Shown piece by piece: positions 40,218-50,148 of a DNA stretch of 64,000 nt. Made by a program: the position numbers and the translations under genes. Numbering within the stretch: position 1 is the stretch's first letter; the number at the start of each line of letters is the position of its first letter. Source of the DNA: Theionarchaea archaeon (GTDB taxonomy: Archaea > Methanobacteriota_B > Thermococci > Methanofastidiosales > SZ-28-30); contig JACVGT010000013.1 in assembly GCA_018992685.1 (NCBI GenBank), forward strand, positions 1 to 64,000, read 5' to 3'. The notes below the pieces were generated by a model that searched no databases, had not been told where the DNA came from, and was given only the letters and a program-made list of their open reading frames with translations.

Positions 40218-41569
40218 GGATCCACCTTCTCGAGAGCTTTTTCTACTATTTGGTTTCCTTCATTCAAAAAGGTTTCCATAGCAGATAGAGATTCAGACTC
40301 ACAGAGTACCCGTATCACAGGTTCAGTCCCACTTGGTCTGATCAATAGCCAGGAATCAGTAAATTCAAGGCGAATACCGTCCAGCAAGCTGACGTTCTCA
40401 GGAGACAACTGGGACAGGGAAGATTGAACCTCACTCATGAGCTGTTCTTTCCTGTTGTTGGGGCAGCGGATGCTCGATTTCGCAAAGTACATGGTGGGCA
40501 ACGAGGCAATAAACTGGTGGATTTGATGAGGATGGTCGATGTGCTCAAGCAGGAGAAGTGCAGCATACAGAGAATCAGGATGCATGCCTATTTCGGGCAA
40601 GACGTATACACCAACTTGTTCTACTCCAATGCAGGCATGTTTTTCTTTCAGAAGCTGTGCAACGTGAACATCCCCTACTTTCCCACGTTCCACTGTCCCC
40701 CCTGCCTTTCCTACAGCGCAGTCCAGAAGCCGCCCTGTTTCCACTGTGGTGGCCACCACCTTTCTGGAGGACTCCTTCACCACCAAATATGAAATGAAGG
40801 CAATCATCTCGTTGTATCCCAGGAATCCCCGGTCATCGCAAAATACTACCCTGTCAGCGTCCCCGTCGAAGCAAACAGCAAGATCAGCTTTTTTGTCCTT
40901 GAGGTATTGCACGGTCTGCTTCAGGGTGTCTTCCTTGGGCTCCGAAGGTCGAGAGGGAAACCTACCATCAGGGACATCATTTATTGGCAATACAGAGATG
41001 CCCATCTCCTCAAATAACTGGGAGGCGATTCCGGAAGCAGCTCCATTTCCGGGATCAACTACTACCTTTAGCTGAGTATCAACTGAGATCTTATCCTTCA
41101 CTGCTTCAAAATAGTGAGTGTGGGCATTCTCCTGTTTTGTCATGTGCCCCAGACTGCTCCAGGGCGCTGTTCTAAATGCTTTATCGAAATAAATCCTTTC
41201 GATGTACTGTTCCTGTTCGACAGAATAGCCAATCGTTGAGGGATTCCATAATTTGACCCCGTTGAACTCAGGGGGATTATGGGAAGCAGTGATCATCATG
41301 CCGGAAGCCATTTCCAATTCCCTGGTCAGAAAAGCCAGACATGGGGTGGGAAGTATCCCGAAATCCACCACATTCACGCCTGCAGAGAGAACTCCCGCGG
41401 TCAGACTGCTCTTGATCATATCCCGTGACAGCCGCGGATCAGTCGCCACACAAACCTGGGAATCTGGAGGTAGCGAGGAGCCCACAGCCTTTCCAAGGTT
41501 CAACGTACTCTCGGTGGTGATCTCTTCATTGACTACTCCCCGAACTCCACTGGTTCCGAATAACCTCAT
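40214..41569 (-). CDS. glmM: Phosphoglucosamine mutase / phosphohexomutase
   Basis: LFGTSGVRG, MITASHNPPEFNG, FDGDADR, VGD, LIRPSGTEP. Confidence 0.88.
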   Translation of the reverse strand: MRLFGTSGVRGVVNEEITTESTLNLGKAVGSSLPPDSQVCVATDPRLSRDMIKSSLTAGVLSAGVNVVDFGILPTPCLAFLTRELEMASGMMITASHNPPEFNGVKLWNPSTIGYSVEQEQYIERIYFDKAFRTAPWSSLGHMTKQENAHTHYFEAVKDKISVDTQLKVVVDPGNGAASGIASQLFEEMGISVLPINDVPDGRFPSRPSEPKEDTLKQTVQYLKDKKADLAVCFDGDADRVVFCDDRGFLGYNEMIAFISYLVVKESSRKVVATTVETGRLLDCAVGKAGGTVERGKVGDVHVAQLLKEKHACIGVEQVGVYVLPEIGMHPDSLYAALLLLEHIDHPHQIHQFIASLPTMYFAKSSIRCPNNRKEQLMSEVQSSLSQLSPENVSLLDGIRLEFTDSWLLIRPSGTEPVIRVLCESESLSAMETFLNEGNQIVEKALEKVDP

Positions 41570-41577
41570 TATACCAC

Positions 41578-43986
41578 CTAGTCTTCTTCGCTCTTCACCA
41601 CCGTGACAGCGCTGACCAGATCACTGTTCTCCAGTGTCATGGCGATGACGCCCTGGGTGGCCCTCCCCATCACTCTCATCCCTTTTGCAGGGATTCGGAT
41701 GAGTTTTCCCTGTTGCGATATGATCATTACCCCATCTTCACTGGTAACCGCCCTCATACCTGCGACGTTCCCGGTTCTGGAGGTGACTTTCATACATACC
41801 ACACCTTTCCCGCCTCTGTTCTGAATTGAATACTCAGAGAACTCTGTTCTCTTGGCATATCCTTTCTCCGTGACTGTCAGCACGCTTCCTTCTTCTGGTA
41901 TGGTAACCATTCCAATCACACCATCTCCGCGCCTCAATGTGATCCCTCTTACACCATGTGCGTTCCTTCCCATGGGGCGCACATCCTGCTCGTGGAACCT
42001 GATTGCCTTTCCTTTCTGTGTGGTGATGAACACTTCCTGGGTTCCATCAGTATGAATGACAGTGATCAGTTTGTCATCCCTGAGCTGGATGGCGATGATC
42101 CCACTGGGACGAGGATTGCCGAACTCGCTCAGTGCAATCTTCTTTATCATGCCCTCCCTGGTTGCCATGAGTAGGTATTCATCCTCAGGAAAATCATTCA
42201 CTGAAATGGCAGCAGTCACAGTCTCATCTGCAATCTTCAATAAGTTAATTAGTGGCTTTCCTCTCGCAGTTCGTGAAGACGTGGGAATCTGGTATGCTTT
42301 GGACCAGTACACCTTTCCTTTATCTGTGAAGAAGAGAATGTAGTCATGAGTAGAAACAATGAACAGGTGATCCACAAAATCCTCTTCCTTGGTTTCAATA
42401 CCGATAACGCCCTTTCCACCCCGACGTTGCCTGCGGTACTCGTCGATGGCTGTCCTCTTGATGTATCCGTCCCGGGTAATGGTGATTACCACATCTTCGT
42501 CAGAAATCAGGTCCTCCATGGTGAGGACAGCGCCTTCCTCAACAAGCTCCGATCTCCTCTCGTCTCCATAGTTCTCTTTGAGCTCAAGTAATTCACCCTT
42601 GATAACTTCCAGAATCGTCGCACGGCTAGCCAGAATTCCTTCCAGTCTACGTATCTCGCCTAGCGTTTCTTCCAGATCCCTGCGCAGGTTCTCGCGTTCC
42701 AGACCTACCAGTCGCTGCAATCGCATGTCCAGGATGGCTTTTGCCTGCTTTTCACTCAGGTCAAATCGAGACTGGAGCGCTTCTCTTGCTTCTTCCACCT
42801 TCTCAGATTGCCGTATTATGGTAATGACTTCATCAATATTATCCAGGGCTATGAGCAGTCCTTTCAGGATATGAGCCTTTTCCCTGGCTTTCTTCAGGTC
42901 AAACTCAGTTCTCTTTGTGATAACCTGTACTCGATATTCAATATACTGGTTCAGAATCTCTTTTAGTGAGAGAACTCTGGGTTCCCCTTCCACAAGGGCC
43001 AGCATGATTATGCCAAAGGTGGTTTGCAGCTGGGTGTGTTTAAACAATTGGTTCAGGACAATTTCAGGTGCGAAATCTCTGTGCACTTCAATGAGGATGC
43101 GCATTCCTTCCCGGTCAGACTCATCCCTCAGATCGGATATTCCCTCAATTCTCTTTCCTCTCACCAGAGTTGCTATGTCCTCTATGAGTTTTGACTTATT
43201 AACCTGGTAGGGGATTTCAGTGATCACGATTCGATTAACTCCATTTTTCTCAGATATGTCTGTTCTGGCCCGTAGGGTCAGTTTGCCTTTTCCACTGCGG
43301 TACGCCTTCTCAATACCATATTTTCCATAGATCAATCCTCCTGTAGGAAAATCTGGTGCCCTTATTACCTTCATCAGCCGAGTCATAGACACCTCTGGGT
43401 TGTCCGCCACCATAATCAAGGCATCCACAACTTCGCTCAAGTTATGAGGAGGAATATTCGTTGCCATCCCCACTGCAATTCCTGAGCTTCCATTAACCAG
43501 CAAATTCGGAAGTTTTCCAGGAAGCACAAGAGGCTCTGTTAAACTATCATCAAAATTTGGAACAAACTCCACAGTCTCCTTGTCAATATCTGCCAGAAGT
43601 TCCTGGGCAATGGGTGCCATCTTAACCTCGGTGTAGCGCATGGCAGCAGCAGAATCACCATCTACACTGCCAAAGTTACCCTGCCCGAAAACAAGAGGAT
43701 ACCGCAGGCTGAATTCCTGGACCATCCTGACCAGTGAATCATAGACAGCGGTCTCTCCATGAGGGTGATACTTACCCAAGACCTCTCCTACCACGCGTGC
43801 AGACTTCCGGGTGGGCTTATCTGCAGTGAGGCCCATCCGATCCATTGCATACAAGATTCGTCGGTGAACTGGCTTCAATCCATCCCTGACATCAGGAAGT
43901 GCACGACCCACAATAATTGACATCGCATAATCAATATATGACTCTTTCATCTCTCGTTCTAGGGTCGTTTCAATAACATTGGGCAT
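41578..43986 (-). CDS. gyrA: DNA gyrase subunit A
   Basis: SYIDYAMSIIVGRALPDVRDGLKPVHRR, GKYHPHG, AAMRYTE, GyrA-box QRRGGKG, CTD blades. Confidence 0.97.
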   Translation of the reverse strand: MPNVIETTLEREMKESYIDYAMSIIVGRALPDVRDGLKPVHRRILYAMDRMGLTADKPTRKSARVVGEVLGKYHPHGETAVYDSLVRMVQEFSLRYPLVFGQGNFGSVDGDSAAAMRYTEVKMAPIAQELLADIDKETVEFVPNFDDSLTEPLVLPGKLPNLLVNGSSGIAVGMATNIPPHNLSEVVDALIMVADNPEVSMTRLMKVIRAPDFPTGGLIYGKYGIEKAYRSGKGKLTLRARTDISEKNGVNRIVITEIPYQVNKSKLIEDIATLVRGKRIEGISDLRDESDREGMRILIEVHRDFAPEIVLNQLFKHTQLQTTFGIIMLALVEGEPRVLSLKEILNQYIEYRVQVITKRTEFDLKKAREKAHILKGLLIALDNIDEVITIIRQSEKVEEAREALQSRFDLSEKQAKAILDMRLQRLVGLERENLRRDLEETLGEIRRLEGILASRATILEVIKGELLELKENYGDERRSELVEEGAVLTMEDLISDEDVVITITRDGYIKRTAIDEYRRQRRGGKGVIGIETKEEDFVDHLFIVSTHDYILFFTDKGKVYWSKAYQIPTSSRTARGKPLINLLKIADETVTAAISVNDFPEDEYLLMATREGMIKKIALSEFGNPRPSGIIAIQLRDDKLITVIHTDGTQEVFITTQKGKAIRFHEQDVRPMGRNAHGVRGITLRRGDGVIGMVTIPEEGSVLTVTEKGYAKRTEFSEYSIQNRGGKGVVCMKVTSRTGNVAGMRAVTSEDGVMIISQQGKLIRIPAKGMRVMGRATQGVIAMTLENSDLVSAVTVVKSEED

Positions 43987-44157
43987 GAAATCCCATGCTT
44001 TTGTTACCATTTAAAGCTTTTCAGAATGTTGGCACCCTCTCATCTGGCGCCCTGAGTTATGAGATATACAAATCTGAATAACAACGATGGCTGGAGACCT
44101 TCATAGACGTAGGAGATTTCACTCCGTGACATGGTGCATTGCATTGGTACCACACGT

Positions 44158-44182
44158 AAAAAAGAAGGGGGTTACCCCCTCT
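44158..44182 (-). terminator. Hairpin plus U-tract intrinsic terminator
   Basis: AGGGGG-TTA-CCCCCT (44166-44180) with an adjacent A run on the + strand, directly after the stop of 44183-44428. Confidence 0.65.
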
Positions 44183-44428
44183 TCATGGAAAGCCTGCTCC
44201 TATCATTCGATCATCTCTGTCCTTGAGTCTCTGGTACTCTTTCCACTGTGATTCCGTGATGATGTACAGTTCTCTCTTGTCGTAGGTAGGCTTGATTATC
44301 TTTACCAGCCCTTTGTTGATGTACTCTGCCACAACGTACTCCTTTATTTGTTCCAGATACTTCACTTCGCCTCTCAAAATGCAGGCAAAGTTGAATAGTT
44401 CTGAAAGATACTCCTTTTGGTCTTCCAT
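44183..44428 (-). CDS. Hypothetical protein (81 aa)
   Basis: GGGTGA RBS, TTTATAAA box near 44490, own terminator. Confidence 0.7.
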   Translation of the reverse strand: MEDQKEYLSELFNFACILRGEVKYLEQIKEYVVAEYINKGLVKIIKPTYDKRELYIITESQWKEYQRLKDRDDRMIGAGFP

Positions 44429-44602
44429 CTTGTTTCACCCCGTTGTTCCAATGAAAAGGAATTGGGACTATCGTCAGTATTTGTCCGTGTTTATAAATGT
44501 TCCGTTTTATCTCTCAAAATATGCATCGTATGTATAGAAAAGGACATCAGTTGCATCATAGTGGAAAGAAAACGAGATTGTAGGTAAACTACCATTCAAA
44601 TC

Positions 44603-45274
44603 CTACAGCCCACACGGCGAAGTAAGCAAGGTCTCAATGTATTGATGAGCTTCCTCAAGTGAGGACACATGCGGGTTGTACTGACCGTATTCTCCCTCTA
44701 CCAACAGGGTAGGAAGTCCCAGAGCTCTTGCTCCTTCCAGGTCCACTTGAGGTTTGTCACCCACCATGAGAACAGTCGCAGGTGGGAAATTGAGTTTTTT
44801 CAGTACAAAAGAGTAGGGTTCGGGAGAGGGTTTGCACTGTTCCGTATCCTCACCTGCAACTACTATCAGATCAAAATAGTGGAGCAAGGGGAGAGAATTG
44901 ATTCTCCTCTTCTTGGAATGGCTCTCACCATCATAATCAGTGAGCAGAACCAGCTTAACCTGGGACTTCAAAGAAGCAAGGAGAGATTCTGCATACGGTT
45001 TTATGAAGGTAGTGGAGGTGACGGAGTCCCAGTAGAGGTCAGTCAGGTGCTGTTTTTGTGACGATGTAAGATCAATATCAAATTCTTCCCACCACTGGTT
45101 GCGATCATAAACACCCTCAACATTGAACCTGTAGTGAATCTCCTCCATTCTGCGAACGGTTTCCTCATGTCCGGCACCGCAGGCAACCAGCTGATCACAC
45201 ACTCTCCTCTTGGCCATTCCCAGGTCGCAGTCTGTGAGAGTCCCATCCAGGTCAAAAATCACTGCCTTAAGCAT
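44603..45274 (-). CDS. HAD-family hydrolase
   Basis: VIFDLDGTL, KPSP, MVGD...DL.GA...G. Confidence 0.92.
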   Translation of the reverse strand: MLKAVIFDLDGTLTDCDLGMAKRRVCDQLVACGAGHEETVRRMEEIHYRFNVEGVYDRNQWWEEFDIDLTSSQKQHLTDLYWDSVTSTTFIKPYAESLLASLKSQVKLVLLTDYDGESHSKKRRINSLPLLHYFDLIVVAGEDTEQCKPSPEPYSFVLKKLNFPPATVLMVGDKPQVDLEGARALGLPTLLVEGEYGQYNPHVSSLEEAHQYIETLLTSPCGL

Positions 45275-45288
45275 AATCTCACGAAAGA

Positions 45289-45516
45289 CTACATTCTGTG
45301 CATTCTCTTTTCAAGTTTATCTTTTTCCGACTCTTCCTCTTTCATTTGCCAGCATATTACGCCATTTTTTTCAATGCTTTCGATCTTCCCTTCTTCTGCC
45401 AGCCTCAGCAAATTTTTCCTGACTTCAAACACCTTGGTTCCAGTTTTCTCTGCGACCTCCGCTGTAGAAAGAGCGGAATCTGCTTGTTCCAAGATCTGCT
45501 CAATTTTTTGATACAT
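45289..45516 (-). CDS. Small winged-helix protein (FaeA/PapI-like)
   Basis: LSTAEVAEKTG....EVRKNLLRLAEEGKI.......W. Confidence 0.72.
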   Translation of the reverse strand: MYQKIEQILEQADSALSTAEVAEKTGTKVFEVRKNLLRLAEEGKIESIEKNGVICWQMKEEESEKDKLEKRMHRM

Positions 45517-45780
45517 CTAAATCAACTCCTTGATAAAGTGAAGGCACTTCAGAATGTGTTCAATCTCATTTAAGTCTTTGGTTTCACTCAACCGTGTCAG
45601 GAGTTCTGCTCTTTTCAGATGGAGGGCGGCATCAGTTGCCAGCTGAGAGGATTCCTCTTCTTCCTCAGTACAATTGGCACAGATTATCTTCCCATCCTTT
45701 TCAAATAGTGGGTAGCCGCACTTCTCGCAGTGCCTCGACGTCATCCTTGCTCCGCTTAAAAGTAATCGCGAAATATCCAT
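45517..45780 (-). CDS. UPF0148 / autoantigen p27-like zinc-ribbon protein
   Basis: LLSGARM...HC.KCG.PLFEKDGKIICANC. Confidence 0.82.
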   Translation of the reverse strand: MDISRLLLSGARMTSRHCEKCGYPLFEKDGKIICANCTEEEEESSQLATDAALHLKRAELLTRLSETKDLNEIEHILKCLHFIKELI

Positions 45781-45973
45781 ATACTGGATAGAGGATAGCT
45801 CGTTTAAAAGACTATCTAGAACAGGATCATTTTGAGTTTGATGAATCAAAGAAGTGAAGAAAGAAAAACAAAAGCGTGAGTAAGAGAATCTTACCCAGGC
45901 TCGAAATCGCCAGTGATGAGCTCCGGGATGGCCGGACGGAACTAATCACTATGGCTGTAGCATCAGGTGCTGT

Positions 45974-46159
45974 TCACACCTTTAATGCGCGCGTTTTCTG
46001 CAGCATGGTGGATCCAGAGCCTGTGGTAGTCTGACAGGTATCATCCTTCTGCTTGCAGTTCTTAATGCTCTGGGCGAGTCTCCAGTTCTCTGCCTCTTTC
46101 TGGAGTTCCTGCATTTTTTGCTTTCCAATTTCATACGAGATCATCAGGAATTCATTCAT
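45974..46159 (-). CDS. Small hypothetical protein (61 aa)
   Basis: Strong GGAGGTG RBS; helical ELQKEAENWRLA; divergent from a wHTH regulator. Confidence 0.65.
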   Translation of the reverse strand: MNEFLMISYEIGKQKMQELQKEAENWRLAQSIKNCKQKDDTCQTTTGSGSTMLQKTRALKV

Positions 46160-46197
46160 ATTCTCACACCTCCTGAGATTTTTATCATGATGAGTTT

Positions 46198-46376
46198 ATA
46201 TTAACACATCATGCTAATAATAACTGGCTGTGTTCATGCTTATAAACTTTTCTGTTGTCATATGTAAAAGGCACTTTTGTTTCATTCTACAGTCGTTCTC
46301 AAGTAAAAAGAAGATGATTATGTTCAAAAAAAAAGGTATCATGTCATCATAATATAAACACATCATGTTATTATTA
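46198..46376. promoter_or_regulatory. Duplicated operator-like sites in a divergent promoter region
   Basis: ATATTAACACATCATGCTAATAATA (46198-46222) and ATATAAACACATCATGTTATTATTA (46352-46376), 21/25 identical, each with an AACA-N5-TG(T/C)T dyad. Confidence 0.6.
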
Positions 46377-46460
46377 TCTCTGTAGGCTCATAACAGATTC
46401 ATATGTTTATAACATCTTTCAATGCAAACATTTATATACTGTTCAATCGAAAGTAGTATT

Positions 46461-47054
46461 ATGAAAAAACAGGAAATGGTCAAGGTTGTCAAAGACCCAA
46501 AGATCACTGATCTACTCAGTAATCCCAACATGCACCGCATTCTCAATATAATGAGACAAGGGGAGCTCAACGTGAAAGAAATCCACACATTGTTCAACAA
46601 GGACTACGAAGATAAGAAAACCCTGACATCAATATACCGATACATGGACACGCTTCTGGAAAACGATCTGGTGTTTGTGAGCAGAGAAGAACTGAAAAGG
46701 GGCCACTTGATGGAGCGAAATTATTCCAGAACAGCAATGTTCTTCCTTTTCGAGGAGACTTCTGACGAAGATCTTATTGATGCAACGTCCAGACTCTTCC
46801 AAAAGATCTACCACATTGATGACAAGAACGCAGAAGAGTTGAAGGCATTGATACAGGAAAGCGAAAAGAGCATGACCGAGCAATCGCATGGATTCTATGA
46901 GGTCCATGGGAAAGAGGTGTTGGACCTAGAAAAGGCGCACGGATTCAAGGCAGCGCGGGCAGCGACCAAAATACTGGTAGAATTCATCTTCTTCATCGAA
47001 AACCCCGAAATGATCAAAAAGATCCGTGAAATAGTGAAGAAAAGTTCTGACTAG
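46461..47054 (+). CDS. ArsR-like winged-helix transcriptional regulator
   Basis: LLSNPNMHRILNIMRQGELNVKEIH...KTLTSIYRYMDTL...LV; YSRTA. Confidence 0.75.
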   Translation: MKKQEMVKVVKDPKITDLLSNPNMHRILNIMRQGELNVKEIHTLFNKDYEDKKTLTSIYRYMDTLLENDLVFVSREELKRGHLMERNYSRTAMFFLFEETSDEDLIDATSRLFQKIYHIDDKNAEELKALIQESEKSMTEQSHGFYEVHGKEVLDLEKAHGFKAARAATKILVEFIFFIENPEMIKKIREIVKKSSD

Positions 47055-47093
47055 CGTTGTTGGTTCAGAGAAACTCTAGCCGGGAAGGATAGG

Positions 47094-47618
47094 TCATTTA
47101 TGGGATACTATCCTGGGTTCTTTCCACTCTTCCCGCAGAATGCTGTACATGACGCCGTCGTGCCATCTTCCTTTGTTAAATACAGACTTTCTAATTACTC
47201 CTTCTTTAGTAAATCCCGCTTTCTCCAGCACTTTCTGAGAAGCTGCATTTTCAGGGCTTGCTTCTGCCTGGACTCTCACTATGTCTTTTGAGAGGAACAG
47301 GAAATCCACTAGTATCTTGACAGCCTCAGTGCAGTAGCCTTTCCCCCGTTCTTGGGGAGAAACGCAATATCCGACAGAAAAATGAGGGCCCTGCGGGGTG
47401 CACATGATCTGACCAATCTTGGTTCCATCCTTTTTTTCAATGATGAACCATCTTTCATCGGAGCTTAATCCCTCGTACCACTTCTCCATGTCACGAAGGG
47501 AATTCTGTTCTAGAGGCTCAAACTCGCCGCCGAATTGTGGATCATTACTCCATGTGGCAGCCAGCGGCAAATCCTCTTTTTCCAGGATTCGTAGGTTGAC
47601 AGTGACACCTTTTAACAT
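47094..47618 (-). CDS. GNAT N-acetyltransferase (RimJ/RimL family)
   Basis: RGKGYCTEAV, N.ASQKVLEKAGF.KEG, YSILREEW. Confidence 0.92.
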   Translation of the reverse strand: MLKGVTVNLRILEKEDLPLAATWSNDPQFGGEFEPLEQNSLRDMEKWYEGLSSDERWFIIEKKDGTKIGQIMCTPQGPHFSVGYCVSPQERGKGYCTEAVKILVDFLFLSKDIVRVQAEASPENAASQKVLEKAGFTKEGVIRKSVFNKGRWHDGVMYSILREEWKEPRIVSHK

Positions 47619-47846
47619 TCTATCACCGTATCGTATGCATGATACCTTGCTCAGCTTATAAAATCTTTGATGTGTTCGGGGGAATAGGGTCTACCTTCTT
47701 GATCTAAGCTGTTGCAGGCTGAGGCTCACATTCCACAGCCAACCCACACTGACACGCAACGTGACCCAGGATACTCTTTCAACAGTTCCGAGTGGTCAGT
47801 GAGAAATTCATGAATAGAGTTATAATGGGTGATCATATTACAACAT

Positions 47847-48941
47847 ATGAGAATCACGCCATCCCTGGACTGTCGCAGACAGGGGGTCGCATTCCTTCTG
47901 GTCGGTTGTTTGTCCATGTTATATGCTGAATTGTTTTCAGGGGCGTCCAGCTTGTGGTTTCTTGATGCATGGTCGATCCTGGTTACCTTTCCCTTGTACA
48001 TGGTTCATGTCATCTTCTTTCTTAATATGGCTCTGCGGACTGCCAGGACATCGCCTGTCCACCTGTATCTGTGGGGCATGCTGTTCGCAATGTATGAATC
48101 CTGGATCACCCAGGTTTTGTGGGTGGGCTACACTGTCAACCAGCCACTTTTCGGAACACTTGGCGGAATTGCTATAGGCGAATTTCTTGGCTTGGTTTTG
48201 TTTTGGCACCCTGTCATGTCCTTTGTTGTACCTTTGATAATCTTTGAAGTGCTGGTCCTCTCTATAAGTATAGATAACCCAGAAAACAGAATATTGCCCA
48301 GTCACGTGCCCTTGTTGATTGCAACTCCCAGAAACAGGAAGATACTTGGCTTTCTATACATCCTAGGCTCAATATTCATGACAATAAGTTATCAAGGGAA
48401 TATTCTCCTGGGATTGGCAGTACTGGGAGGCACGTACGGAATAATATATGGGTTGTACAGAAAGGCCATCGCGTACCAGGTCACGATACACTCATTGCGT
48501 GTGGGAAAGAGAGGGTTCGCGTTTGCTCTAGGTTACCTGCTGTTATTATATACAGCTATGTTTTTCGGGTATGGATACCAGCATGGAAGAATCTCTGGTC
48601 CTCTTCCCATTGCAACCACTGTTTTTTTGTACATTGTTTTCATGTGGCTGATACTCTCTTCTCGCCCCGCTGAGGAATCTGTTGAAATACCTTCTTCCCT
48701 TATCGGACGAAGAATATCATCACGTATGTTAAGAACTGCTATTATCCTTCAACTGATCCTCATCTGTGGATTGGGCATCGTATACTCTGCAGTTCCGTTT
48801 GTTGCCCAAGGAGCCTTCCTCATCTTGTATGTTCTTATCTGTGGAGTAGGAATATACCTTTTCATGAAAGCCATTCGCCTGAGAAACAGCCAGACAGAGA
48901 ATTTTCTGAAACACACATTAACTCAGTTGTCTGAATCCTGA
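47847..48941 (+). CDS. Hypothetical polytopic membrane protein
   Basis: About 10 TM; AELFSG, LYLWG.LF..YES..T.VLW, LVLFWHP.MSF. Confidence 0.75.
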   Translation: MRITPSLDCRRQGVAFLLVGCLSMLYAELFSGASSLWFLDAWSILVTFPLYMVHVIFFLNMALRTARTSPVHLYLWGMLFAMYESWITQVLWVGYTVNQPLFGTLGGIAIGEFLGLVLFWHPVMSFVVPLIIFEVLVLSISIDNPENRILPSHVPLLIATPRNRKILGFLYILGSIFMTISYQGNILLGLAVLGGTYGIIYGLYRKAIAYQVTIHSLRVGKRGFAFALGYLLLLYTAMFFGYGYQHGRISGPLPIATTVFLYIVFMWLILSSRPAEESVEIPSSLIGRRISSRMLRTAIILQLILICGLGIVYSAVPFVAQGAFLILYVLICGVGIYLFMKAIRLRNSQTENFLKHTLTQLSES

Positions 48942-49137
48942 GTTCTGAATTAGGAAGATGGTAATCTAGAAAGCTTTCGTCAATCTTTGTTACTTTCTTT
49001 GATCATTCAGGAAAAGAAGCAGCTCTTGACTCCACTAACCCATGAGTGTCAATGTTCTCACACTGAGTGTCCTCTGACTACTTGTACTGCGCACCATAGA
49101 AGGATTTAAAAGGATGATTTGTCATAACCCAAACTCC

Positions 49138-50046
49138 ATGAAAGAGACTGTGATAGAAACTGTAAAGGGCTACACTGATCTTACCAGGATACACTTCTGG
49201 TTTGTATGGCCTCTATTATTCTGCTCTGGGCTGATGCTGGCATTCAAAGTCTATGGTAGCTTCACCTGGGGATTGACCGCAAAAGTCGCACTCATTGGTC
49301 TTCTGGGATTTGAAGCAGGATTTGTGCTGAATGATTATGTGGACAGAGATACAGACAAAAAGGACATCGAAAATAGTCTAACCAGGTACTGGAGACCTTT
49401 TAAGGAAAGACCGATACCCTCGGGGATAGTCTCCCCCAAGAGAGCTATTCAAACATTTTTCGTATTTGTAGCTGGGGCAAGTTTGCTGGCAATTACGCTT
49501 CCTTATCCTCATAATGTGTATGTTCTTGCTGCTGGAGGGTACTGCTACGCCATGGAATACTTCTACCAGATAAAAAAGAAGAATCAGACATTCCCCGTAG
49601 CCCAACTATTGGGAAGGACGGATTTTGTACTATTTCCTGTTGCAGGTTACCTGTGCTATGGTCATCCTGACAAATATGCTCTCCTGTTCTTTGCTTTCTT
49701 CTACCCTCTGGCTCTTGCCCACTTGGGCGTGAATGATATTGCAGACACGATAAATGATCAGGCCAAAGGTCTGAAGACGATCCCCGTCCTTTATGGCGCA
49801 AAAGGGACTGCATACTGGGTTCTGGGGTTCACAATATTACATGTGTCGATTGCGCCCTTCTTCCTGAGAGAAGTGGGAAACATTGCCCTGGCCAGCCTGG
49901 GAATAACCTCGGTGCTTCTGGGGATTGTCAATTACAGCGTATTGAAAGAAAAGAGTCCTCAAGCAGGGTTACGGGTTCTGCCCCTGATTCATATGACCAT
50001 GCTCATATATGGTATTTCTATTATCGCCAGCTATGCTTTTTCTTGA
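49138..50046 (+). CDS. UbiA-family prenyltransferase
   Basis: NDYVDRDTD...RPIPSG and NDIADTIND...GLKTIPVLYG Asp-rich motifs. Confidence 0.9.
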   Translation: MKETVIETVKGYTDLTRIHFWFVWPLLFCSGLMLAFKVYGSFTWGLTAKVALIGLLGFEAGFVLNDYVDRDTDKKDIENSLTRYWRPFKERPIPSGIVSPKRAIQTFFVFVAGASLLAITLPYPHNVYVLAAGGYCYAMEYFYQIKKKNQTFPVAQLLGRTDFVLFPVAGYLCYGHPDKYALLFFAFFYPLALAHLGVNDIADTINDQAKGLKTIPVLYGAKGTAYWVLGFTILHVSIAPFFLREVGNIALASLGITSVLLGIVNYSVLKEKSPQAGLRVLPLIHMTMLIYGISIIASYAFS

Positions 50047-50148
50047 TCATGATTTCGTGGGCAAAATGTAAAGACTCGAGAGAGCACAGGAAAAATAACC
50101 TTATTCTGGGGATTCATTCTTAAGTCTTGTCTCTGAAGAACTGCCAAG

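Noticed and set aside
45913-45965. C/D-box sRNA (GTGATGA on the + strand)
   Set aside because: No correctly spaced CTGA D box or C' box
45846-45976. Selenocysteine read-through of the UGA ending the 61-aa ORF (frame stays open for about 42 codons with a hairpin downstream)
   Set aside because: The extension is low-complexity and runs into the U-rich terminator; no selenoprotein context and no archaeal SECIS GAA/A motif
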